A stretch of 64,000 nucleotides of DNA, taken from assembly GCF_036321535.1 (NCBI RefSeq), contig NC_087437.1, positions 47,370,001 to 47,434,000 of the forward strand, read 5' to 3'. Below the pieces are notes generated by a model that saw only the letters and a program-made list of their open reading frames with translations, did no database searches and had not been told where the DNA came from. The position numbers were made by a program, and so were the translations under genes. Shown here piece by piece: positions 54,154 to 64,000 of the stretch (its first letter is position 1; each line of letters opens with the position of its first letter). Source of the stretch: Camelus dromedarius (lineage: Eukaryota).

Positions 54154-54733
54154 TATTGCAGAAAAACGTGTTACAGCTCAGTTGTGACAGCAGCCTGGAT
54201 CCAGGCGAGAGACCAAGCAGCACTCGGAGAGTTGGAGAACTCAGGTTTTTTACGCCAGTGAGCCCAGAGAAGTTAACACTCCAAGCTCTGGACCCCGTCT
54301 GTAGGTTTACATAGGCTTTTATAGGCTGCCAGTTTACATTTTGCAACATCATATGTAAATAAGGTATAACAAAAGTTGACTAATTAGGAACAAGTTTTGT
54401 AGAAATGGACCAATCAGGAGGGAGAGAAATAACCAATCAGGAGTGAGCTCCATGCAAATGAAGTACTACAAATGGACAAATCAGGAGTGAGGGAAATGGA
54501 CCAATCAGGAGTGAAGGAAATAACCAATCAGGAGTGATCTCAGGGAACCTATAGAATTTTAAGGGTAAGTTCCACTTTCCTAGAAGTAAGCCATTTCAGA
54601 GGCAAAAAGTGAGATAACGTCGCTGGGCCAGGGAACCGGATGGTGCTGGCAGGAGAGTAGTGGCCCTGGCAGGAGAGTAGTGGCCCTGCCTGGGGGTCCT
54701 GCCGGTCTTTTTTATGGGGCTTCCCACCTCACA
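54154..54733 (-). mobile_element. ERV solo LTR with CCAAT-box array, inserted into a MIR
   Basis: Minus strand starts TGTGAGGTGGGAAG. U3 carries repeated CCAATCAGGAG and a 20-bp tandem duplication (54646-54685). TATAAAA on the minus strand at ~54317-54323. MIR halves flank both sides. TSD not resolved. Confidence 0.8.
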
Positions 54734-57700
54734 CCTTTCTGGCACCAATAAGTAAAATGAACAGATTAGATCAAAAAGTTCCCTCTCAGCTCTATCTAGA
54801 AATTAATATAAAGAATACCAAAGACTTTTCAAAAGGCTTGCTGCTGTATTCCATAATGGTATGGTTTAAATTATTAGGAAAATCCTGAGCTTTTCCATTC
54901 AGTGGTATTTATTATAACAGGCTTTGTCCAAGGTGTCATAAACTGAGCATTTAAATATATGCGGAATGTAAAGAACCAATTTGTATAAAATGGAATTAAA
55001 CGTGGAAACTTCTTAGGGGCTTATCCTGAGAAAGTAGATGGTATGTTTAAAACTACAAATCTCCAAAAAAAAAAAAAAAAAAATACACAAACACACATTT
55101 TACACACAATTATAGAAGACTCACCGACCCTTAGACAGATTGGATTTTGAGAAAAACTGTCATCTGAACATAAGAAGTTAAGGGAGGTTGGGCTAATAAG
55201 GGCTGGGCAACTTGGAAGAAGGGAATCCATGTGATAATGTGTTTAATTAACAGCTACTTTATAGTATAAAACAGCTTGGTATTAGAAGTCTTCAATTAGA
55301 AAGCAAATACAGCATTTTTAGTCACATTTAAACTTTTGAAAACACGAACAGTGTATTTTCATTCATTCATTCCGAAAAGGAAATGCTGTTCATTTTCATT
55401 CAAAGACCAGTTTCCTTTTCATTCTCAAAAAAAAAAAAACAACAAAAAAAACCCAAAAAACAAACAGACAAAAAGCATGATGAGATGCCCTCTTCTGTTT
55501 CAAAACTGTTAATGCAGGGTTTTTTGAATTCTAGCAATTTGGAGGATTTCATATTAAACTGTGAACGCAGCAGGATTTTAAAATCCTAAAGCACTCCATT
55601 GACCTCCAGCAATCGGAATATATCCTTGTGCAGCAGAAGTTCCTCTTGGCCAATTAAAAAGTCCTCATTTCTCTCTCTGTATAATAGCACACCCTGCTCC
55701 TGGCTGAGAAGAAAATAAAATTAACCTTGGGCTGGCAGCCGTGTGCCTGATTTCCCTGGGTGAGTGAATGAGCTCACCAAATGTATAAATAATGTGTCCA
55801 AGTCCCCTTGTTGCTCAGTTTTGGGTTTTTTTTTTTTTTTTTAATATTCATTGCCCAGAGCCTTGAGCACAATTTCAAACTGTTAATGTGTTAAATACTT
55901 TCACCAGGGTTTGATTCTAGTTGCTGAAAAACCAGTAACAGTAAACCCAGAAAGATGGCCCAAACTTCCTGTTTTTTGTTGGCAGAATTTTGCTCTGCAA
56001 CTTGCAAAGTTTGACAAATTATGCAAAGAAACAAATGTAAAAGGACAGTTTAGAGATACACATCGAGGTGGAGCACAGTTGTTTTAGTGAAACTACCACT
56101 GGGCAGCTGCCAGTAGCATCTGGGCAGGAAGGAAATGCAAATTAAAAGGAAAAATTAGGCCATTTTAGAGCAAAGCGATTTTTCAGCAGAAGCTCAGTGC
56201 TAACACTAAAGAATAAAGAAGGTATTATGTAGTTTTAAATTGAATTGATTGATTCCTTTCCTCAGTTCTTCTAAACTGCCTCTTTTCCTCTTCCCTGGAG
56301 GCACTGAGGGGTTGTGATAAGGGCAGCGGCTGTTCTCATCTCTGATACTTCGCACAACCTTTTTTCATCTCATTCAACCACAGAAAGTGAGTTTGTCCTT
56401 CTCTAAGATGTGTACCCTTTGACTGAAATCAAAGCTATTCGCTTTTTTTTTTTTTTTTTTGTCTTTCAATCATCTTCAGAACTAAACAAACAACTCCAAC
56501 CTAGAAAATGAGACTTTGGAATCAGAACTGAATTTTAGACACTCTCTGCTTCTCACCAGTCCTTTGAATTTGAGATTCCTCAGCCATGAGATTCAGAAGT
56601 GTTCCCACTACACTATCAAGTGGCTGTTAAGGTAAAAGTGAGATAATATATGGAAATGCACTTTAATGCTATCCTTTGCCTTTATTTATTAACTCATTTA
56701 ATCCTCACAACAGCTTGATAAAGTAAAGACTATTTTATCCCTATGTTACAGGTAAGGAAACTGAAATAGAGGAATTAAGTAACTTGCCTAAGGCCTCCCA
56801 GCTCCTGACGTCAGGACCTCTGACACTCAGACCCAGGGAGTCTGGTTCCGGGGCTCCAGGACTTGCAGCACCACACACTACTGTCCAGGACAGGCGTCAA
56901 GTGTGGCTATTCATTCATTTATCCATCAGATATTTACTGATCATCCACCATGAACTGCATACACTTTGATTATGACTAAAAATGATCAAATCAATGAGAT
57001 TTTTATTACTTTTCATTTTCACTTTCTTCACCCTACAGGAAATGTACAGAACACAGTGTAAGAAGAAGAAAGAAAAGAAGACTCCAAACCCACCATTGAG
57101 ACACTTTTCAAAATAGTCTCATTGAAACTTAAGGTGCTACAGTTCAGAGGAGAGGACTCCTCTGTGGTGGAGGCTCAGTGACCACGGGCAAGAGGGCTTG
57201 GAGGCGGGGGAGGCAGCCATGCACAGCGGACAGCGTGCACCTCCACAGGCAGGTGCAGAGCGGGCAGTGTCGCAAAAGCAGAGGCAAGCTAAATCGGGAC
57301 CAGGATTTTCAGCTCACTGAATAGCAGAGTCACGCAGGAAACCCCAAAGCCCCAAACACTTAATCCTCAGCCTTCCTCACTAGTTTGCTGTGAGTCTGTA
57401 GGAGACAACATCTGTGAACACACTTGCTGGACTGTAAAGTGCTCTACCCCGTTAGATGCAACGACCAAGTGACCACAGTGAGTGGCCCCCACCTCAACCA
57501 GGACTCCAAAATGGGTCCTCTCTATAGGAGACACAGACACAATACTTAGTTTTTAAAATTAGGGAAGGGAGGATTCAAATCCCAGAATTCACTTATAATC
57601 CTCTAGAAAAAAAAAATCATCATTACATAAATGATAATTAATAGTTTTAATACTAATAAGGCTTTCTCTTCCAAAGCAATGGTCTCAAGAACTTCAAATA

Positions 57701-57810
57701 AGTTTAACTTCATTAGCCAACTTTCCCTGTAGTAAGCTGTCATTGCTATTATTCACCCTATTTTTAAGAAAGGGAATTTTTAAATAAAAATTTAAAAGAA
57801 TGAACAGGAC

Positions 57811-58664
57811 TGTGATATTGTGATATAATAAGAAATATGTATTTGGACTTCATCCCTGGTTCCTGGCACAGAGCTCCTAAAACCCTTATTTCCTGAGTGG
57901 CTGGGGTAAGAGGAGAGTCTTTTGTTATTCATAATAATCTTCTTTCAACCCTACCTGAGATTATGCTTAATGAAGTGACTCTTGGTGGACACAAATAGCT
58001 CTAGGATGGGGCTGGATGACACAGTAACCAATCCCAATCATGTGATTGGAAGGTTGGACTTTTCAGCCCCATCCCTGACCTCCAAGGCAGGGAGAGGGGC
58101 TGGAAATTGAACCCATGGCCAATGATTTAATCAATTGTGCCTACATAATGGAATCTCCATAAAAACTCAAAACAGGGTTCACAGAGCTTCCAAGTTGGTG
58201 ACTGCATTCATGTGCCAGGAAGGTGGCACACCCCAAACTCCATGGGAACAGAAGCTCCCACACCCTTCCTAACCTCACCATTGGTATCTCTTCATCTGGG
58301 TGTCATTTGCATCCTTTATAATATCCTTTATAATAAACCAGTAATAGTGAGTAAAGTGTTTTCCTCAGTCCTGTGAGCTGTTATAGCAAATTACTGAACC
58401 TGAAGAGGGGCTCTGGGGAATCTCCAATGTGTAGCCAAGTCAGAGAGAAGTGTGGTTTACCTGGGGACCCACTACTTGCAATTGGCTTTTGAAGTGAGGG
58501 GCAGCCTTATGGGACTGAATCCTTAACCTCTGGGGTCTGTAACTCTGGGTAGTGTCAAAATTGTATTAAATTGTTGGACTCCACATAGAATTAGAGAATT
58601 GCTTAGTGTGGAAAACCTACATATTTGGTGTCTGAATTGTTGACAGTAAAAACAGATAATAGCA
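57811..58664 (+). mobile_element. MER21-type (ERVL) solo LTR
   Basis: Begins TGTGATATTGTGATATAATAAGAAATATGTATTTGG..CCTGGCACAGAGCTCCTAAAACCCTT. AATAAA at ~58332. Confidence 0.85.
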
Positions 58665-59343
58665 GGGATATTTTAGCATTTCTACAGGAAGCCAAACCAT
58701 GTCACCTGCCAGGAATAAGACTGCTCTATCTGGGAACATGCACACTTTCCACTTTCTTCACTTGGCAATGTTGATTCCTTTTTGAAAATGCTGGCCAAGT
58801 GTGGGCTCTTTCCTCTTCCATAATCTGCCCCTTCTGATACATATTAACAGTATTAACTTAGAAAGTGCAACATCCCTCTCTCGGCATACTCTGCCCCTCT
58901 TCTAGGACACCTGGAGAGAGGAGGCTCTTGGAGCTCATTGTTGTCAATCAGTTCTCTATCTCACACATACACACACACACACACGTGCGTGCAGCACGTG
59001 AGTGTATATACACCATCCTGCCCTTGAACGAGCTGGTAACCCTCAAAGGTTAACGGATAACCTTTAACAGGTGGAATGGGTAAAAGACTCACTAAATTCA
59101 CAGAAGCCAGTCAAGAAGTCCAAGGGTAACCCTGGGCCCATAAGTTTAGACATTTACTCAAAACAGCACATTCAAAATCACCTCAGAAAGGTGAAAGTGT
59201 AGACAGAAGTAACTATAAATATTTTTCATCAGTAAAGTAAGGGCTGAAAGTGTGTGTGATTACAAAATGGAGAAGAACGGTGAGGTTTCATCATCAGGGG
59301 TGCTTTTCTGCCGAGTAGGTCTATCATTTAAGAAGTAGATGGA

Positions 59344-61256
59344 CCATCGACGCCATCACCGGCAAGGCCCGCTACACGCTCAGCGAGGAGTGGCTGCTGC
59401 GCGAGAACATCAAGGCCAAACCCCACAACCTCAACGTGTCCTTCTAGGGCTGCGGCATGGGCGCGCTGAGTGTGCAAGCCATGGACACGGACACGCTGAT
59501 GCAGGTGAAGGAGAAGATTCTGGAAGTCTTCTCCAAGAACGTGCCCTACTCCTAGTGGCCGCGTGCCGAGGACGTCGAGCTGGAGTGGTTCGCCTCCAGC
59601 ATGCAGAGCTACATCCTGCGGGACATGGACGACACCTCAGTGGTGGAGGATGGCGGCAAGAAGCTCAACACGCTGGCCCACTGCAAGATCCCTGAAGGTG
59701 CCTCCCTGTCCATGAGCCTCACAGACAAGAAGGACAACATGCTGGGCCGAGTGAGAGACTTGGACGCAGAGCAGTATTTCCATTTGGTGCTGCCCACGGA
59801 TGAGCTAGCAGAACCCAAGAAGTCCCACTGGCAGAGCCACTGCAAGAAGGTGCTCCTGGAGATCTATCTGCTGTCCACCAAGGGCACACTGCACAAGTTT
59901 CTAGATGACCTGTTCAAGGCCATTCTGAGCATCCGTGAAGACAAGCCTCCACTGGTCGTCAAGTATTTCTTTGACTTTCTGGAGGAGCAAGCCGAGAAGA
60001 GGGGGATCTCAGACCCCCGACACCCTGCACATCTGGAAGACCAACAGCCTTCCTCTCTGGTTCTGGGTGAACATCCTGAAGAACCCTGAGTTCGTCTTCG
60101 ACATCGACAAGACGCACCAGATCGACCCCTGCCTGGTCATCGCACAGGCCTTCATCGACGTCTCCTCCATCTCCGACCTGCAGCTGGGCAAGGATTTGCC
60201 AACCAACAAGCTCCTCTACGCCAAGGGGATTCCCGAGTACCAGAAAATCGTGCAGCGCTACTACAAACAGATCCACGACATGACCCCTGCTCAGCGAGCG
60301 GGAGATGAACGCGCACCTGGCCGAGGAGTTGCGGAAATACCAGAATGAGTTCAACACCAACGTGGCCATGGCAGAGATTTATAAATGCGCCAAGAGGTAT
60401 CACCCACAGATCATGACCACCCTGGAGGCGAACCCCACGGCCCGGAGGACGCAGCTGCAGCACAAGTTCGAGCAGGTGGTGGCCCTGATGGAGGACAACA
60501 TCTACCGGTGCTACAGCAAGGCCTGAGCCTGAGGCAGCGGGGCAGAGGCCGAGGGGCGCCACCCTCTGCTTCTCTCTGCTCCCAGTGCCTCTGACTCCGG
60601 CTGGGGAATGACTGAGAAGAGGCGGCCGGGGTGGGGGACGATGGGCCTCTCTGAGCCAGGCGGAGGAGCCCCCGGCCCTGGCCCCTCAGGCACCGTCCCC
60701 TCCCACCTTCCCCCCCGACCCGGGCTTTGGGACGGGAACTCGAACCCTGCAGCCCATCCCGGGTGAGGCTCCTGCCGGCCATGCAGCACAGCCTGGAAGG
60801 CGCCCCCACTCCCCCCGCCACGGCCGAGGGCCCTGCCCCACGCAGTCCAGCGCCAGCGAACCAACCCGCGGGCCACGGGCCGCCTGGCCCACAGGCCGCA
60901 GCCGGAAGCACTACCTCATCCAACCTGGCGGAGGGAGTCCCCCTGAACCAGCCCTCGGTTGGTTTCTGCTTCAGCCACTGAAACATTGTTCCCGTCTCCC
61001 CTCACCCGGAGAGTTCTTGACTACGCACGGGTTCAAGCAGTGTCATATTTTGGTTGCTTGAGCAGCTGCTGGTGGCGGGGGCCGCGCCCACTGCCCGCGG
61101 GAAGGCTCCAAGCCGCCGCACGAGCTGGGCGGGCCGACGACCAGGGGACAGGCGCGGGGCGATCCTGGCCTCGAGAGGGGAGGCTGCGCTGTACCAAGGC
61201 TGTAGCTGGGCTACTTGATCTTGCTGGAAGTGTTTCTAAAGATAGCATCTTTAGAA

Positions 61257-61307
<51 letters not shown>

Positions 61308-61642
61308 AAGCTTTTATATTAAAAAACTTGCCAACTGTGAATAGCTGCCGCTCGAGCAGAGGACCCGGGGAGAGGTCCCCAGGGGCTCCCAGCGCAACAC
61401 TGGAAACGACTGCTCCAGGGACCGGCAGACCTGGCAGAGACCCCCGCGACGCCCTGAGAAAGTTGCCCTTCCTGAGCTGTCAGAAGCTCCGTCTGTGAAG
61501 ACCCGGCCGCTGGCGCAGACCCACCCGGCACCAGACAGTCTCGGGGCTGCGCGGGAGGGGGAGGCTGGGACGCTCTGGAACCTTCTTTATAATAAAAGCC
61601 TGACTGGAAAACCTAAAAAAAAAAGAAAGAAAGAAAGAAAGA
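59344..61642 (+). pseudogene. PLXND1: 5'-truncated processed pseudogene of plexin D1 (cytoplasmic RBD/GAP C-terminal region plus 3' UTR)
   Basis: Intronless translation [115 protein letters not shown] matches the recalled PLXND1 C-terminus. TAG stops at 59445 and 59553; +1 frameshifts at ~60015 and ~60288; stop 60524-60526; AATAAA 61591-61596; A tail from 61615. TSD AAGAAGTAGA(T/A)GGA at 59330-59343 and 61643-61656. Confidence 0.97.
61258..61305 (+). repeat. (GTT)16 microsatellite in retrocopy 3' UTR
   Basis: Directly visible, uninterrupted. Confidence 0.95.
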
Positions 61643-61647
61643 AAGAA
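61615..61647 (+). repeat. Poly(A) tail converting to (GAAA)n
   Basis: A10 followed by GAAA repeats, running into the 3' TSD. Confidence 0.9.
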
Positions 61648-62363
61648 GTAGAAGGATAATGGAAAGCATCCATGACACTGTCATGCCTGGAAACCTTTCA
61701 AATTCAGCTTTGGATAGACGTCTAGGGTTGAGAAGGCGACTCAACATATCAAAAGGGATTTAGGTCTCATCTGGAAAAGCACCTCAAAGCAGAAAGCAGT
61801 TAACACACTGGTTACCAAGGCTTAACAAGGGAAGATGTAAATTATGTAGATTTTCCAAACAGACCTTCCCCTGAAGGCAGAAGAACTAATTAAATGACAT
61901 AGGATCACAGATTCTTGGAAAATGTTTTAGAGATGTAGATCCTTGCTCCATTCCACGTGATCCTGTACCTTTTGACTGAGATTTTCCAGTATGCAGAAGG
62001 CTACTACCAAGGCACTCTTACACTTTTAAATGTTAATTTGAAAGAAAAAAGTTTCTTTTCACTTTGGCATGAAATCAGCCTCCATATAACTCATATTTAC
62101 TGATCTGAGGACTTCTGGATTAGCGAGAATAATTCTCCGTGGCAGTTCTTGAGAAATGAAGAGAGTCGTCAGTCCCTGCTCTTCTCTAGATTAAATAGCT
62201 GCAGTACCCTTTGAAATTCAGATGGCATGGTTTCCAGGGTCTCTCAAAACACTAGGGGCTGTGTTTTGACATCAAACTTCAGTGTTCCTAAGGATCACCT
62301 GGAATGCTTGTTAAAGGTGAAATGAAGCCTGCCAGCCCCAGCCCCAGCCCCACCCCATGTTCT

Positions 62364-62849
62364 TGTACCAGAGCAGGACCCTGTGGGGCCTTCCTGGGAC
62401 AGACCCCTCCCCCATAACCTCTGCTGTATGTCCTCTCTGATCTGCTATAGGTCCTCTCTAATAATAGTATCTCATGTATATTTCCTGAGTTTTTCAGATG
62501 CTAAAAACCACCACCTAAGGGAAGAAATGGACTACTTAAAGACTGAGAGCAAGTAGCTCCCAGACCCTCTGGCACCTAAGGGTTGACAGTGTTGACCACC
62601 CTGTTACCTCAACATCAACCGATCAGAGAATTGTGCACGAGCTGATTGCTACCCTGTGACAACCGCCATTACCTGGCCTTTAAATAGGCTTTGCTGAAAC
62701 CCTTTGGGGAGTTCGGGGTTTTCTTAGGCGTGAGCCACTCCATCCTCCTTGCTCAGCCCTGCAATAAACATTTTTCTGCTCCAAACTCTGAAGTTTCGGT
62801 TCATTTGTCCTCACTGTGCCTTGGGCACACAAACTTCCCTGCCATAACA
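62364..62849 (+). mobile_element. ERV1-class solo LTR inserted into MER5A
   Basis: TG...CA ends (TGTACC..ATAACA), 4-bp TSD TTCT (62360-62363 and 62850-62853), TATA-like TTTAAATA at ~62679, AATAAA at ~62763. MER5A halves at ~62275-62363 and ~62850-62945. Confidence 0.88.
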
Positions 62850-63819
62850 TTCTGATGTAGTCAGGATATCTAGGATGGGATCTGAAGCAGAATGTTTAGG
62901 TCTCCCTTCCTGATGCAGGTGGCGTAAGATCCATACTTGAGAAACTGTGCTGGTATATGCTGGCCCCATCAAAGTGTAATATCACAAACTGGACATGGCA
63001 CTCCAAATTCCCGCCTACTAATTCAAAGTCCGATGAAACCATTACCCTCTCTGATCTGGACACACAAACCTACTTCAAAAGACTCACCTCTTTTGAATAA
63101 AATATTTTGTCAATTCTGTACTTTGGGAATGTACCTGCAAGGCACATTAACTTTGATGTCTAAGTGAGGATGTTTTCTATGACCCAAATCATAACTATGA
63201 AAGTTGAAGTTTGATTTTTATTATTATGGGAGCAGATATAATGAAAAACAACCTTTTAAGTCCTGGCTCTGGTCCTGCCTGACAGAAGAAATCCCAAACA
63301 GCCTAGGAATATTCCTTCACCCTGATCTCTTTACTATTATTATAGTCTTCGGAGAATTATTTACTATTTTAAAACTCAGTCATTTTATGTGCCTGTTCTT
63401 ACTTTTGATCAGAGACCATCCTGTCAATATTCTTCATGTGCCCCCATTGTCACAGGTTCTGTGGACAATTATAAGATCCTCTTCTGGGAAAAACAAAGGA
63501 CAGAACAAACTCCATTTCCAGCTGGGGTTAAATGGCAGGAGACACAGTGTCCCAACCAGCAGAATAATGAAGTGGAAAATAGCAATTCCAGGTTCAGGTA
63601 TGAGTCAGGAACAAGGCATGAAGCAATGTCCCAGCCAAATATCTGATATGCCCAGCAGGAGTGAGGCCTCCCTGTGACCAAGGACAAGTCTCCATATCAG
63701 ATTCAGGTGTGACAGCTAGAATAAAGACAACTTTTGTCCCTGATCTAAGCAGAGAAACTGAAAGAAACTACTTTAAGAGCCAGACTGGTTCAGACACTCC
63801 AAAAGAAAAGTGTTTATGA

Positions 63820-64000
63820 AAATAGAGGACACTGATTATCAAAACTTACAGAATAGTTCATAGAGGTCCCATGTACCCATCTACCAGTTTCCTCCGATGG
63901 TAACAATTTATGCAACTAGAGTACAATATCAAAGTCAAGAAATTAACATTGGTACAATTTACAGACCTTATTCGGATTTCACCTGTTTTATATGTGCTCA
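63820..64000 (-). mobile_element. L1MB/MC-like 3' end (runs off window)
   Basis: CCCATGTACCC..CCAGTTTCC..ATGGTAACA..AGTACAATATCAAA..AAATTAACATTGGTACAAT..CAGACCTTATTC. Confidence 0.75.

Noticed and set aside
55119..55128. GTCGGTGAGT on the minus strand, matching the 3' end of miR-181a
   Set aside because: The seed region does not match and there is no hairpin; better explained as a splice donor.
59339..59695. 118-aa ORF starting at the insertion junction
   Set aside because: Out-of-frame reading of GC-rich PLXND1 sequence; the ATG is a chance product of the TSD.
59344..60526. Functional PLXND1 exon or intact retrogene
   Set aside because: Two nonsense codons, two frameshifts, small deletions, 5' truncation, poly(A) and TSD.
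59609..61531. Many antisense and 3' UTR ORFs over the retrocopy
   Set aside because: Shadow ORFs of GC-rich sequence; the poly-Leu stretch comes from the GTT repeat.
63204..63677. 157-aa ORF and possible plus-strand exon (~63413-63597)
   Set aside because: Non-ATG start, no recognisable homology, and only moderate splice signals.

Overview
Mammalian genomic DNA, most likely from a camelid: it carries a tRNA-Ala-derived Vic-1-type SINE and cetartiodactyl-type L1 3' ends, and I saw no Alu, B1/B2, BovA/BovB or PRE1. The window is repeat-rich intronic or intergenic sequence with no intact protein-coding gene that I can recognise. The clearest feature is a 5'-truncated processed pseudogene of PLXND1 (plexin D1) at about 59344-61642 (+), with a poly(A) tail, a 14-bp target-site duplication (TSD), stops and frameshifts. 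Other notable features: (1) a decayed class I ERV remnant (pol, env tail, polypurine tract) whose 3' LTR position is occupied by a ~1.5-kb composite repeat built from palindromic units; (2) an orphan CpG island at ~27.3-27.6 kb with YY1-like and BANP-like motifs; (3) a CCAAT/octamer-rich solo LTR at ~54.2-54.7 kb; (4) two oppositely oriented MER21-type LTRs; (5) nested L1/SINE insertions with clean TSDs; (6) several minus-strand splice signatures, including a recursive-splice-like site, that hint at an unannotated long transcript. I cannot demonstrate a new biological system from sequence alone. Repeat family names come from recalled consensus resemblance, not database searches, and old-repeat boundaries are approximate.
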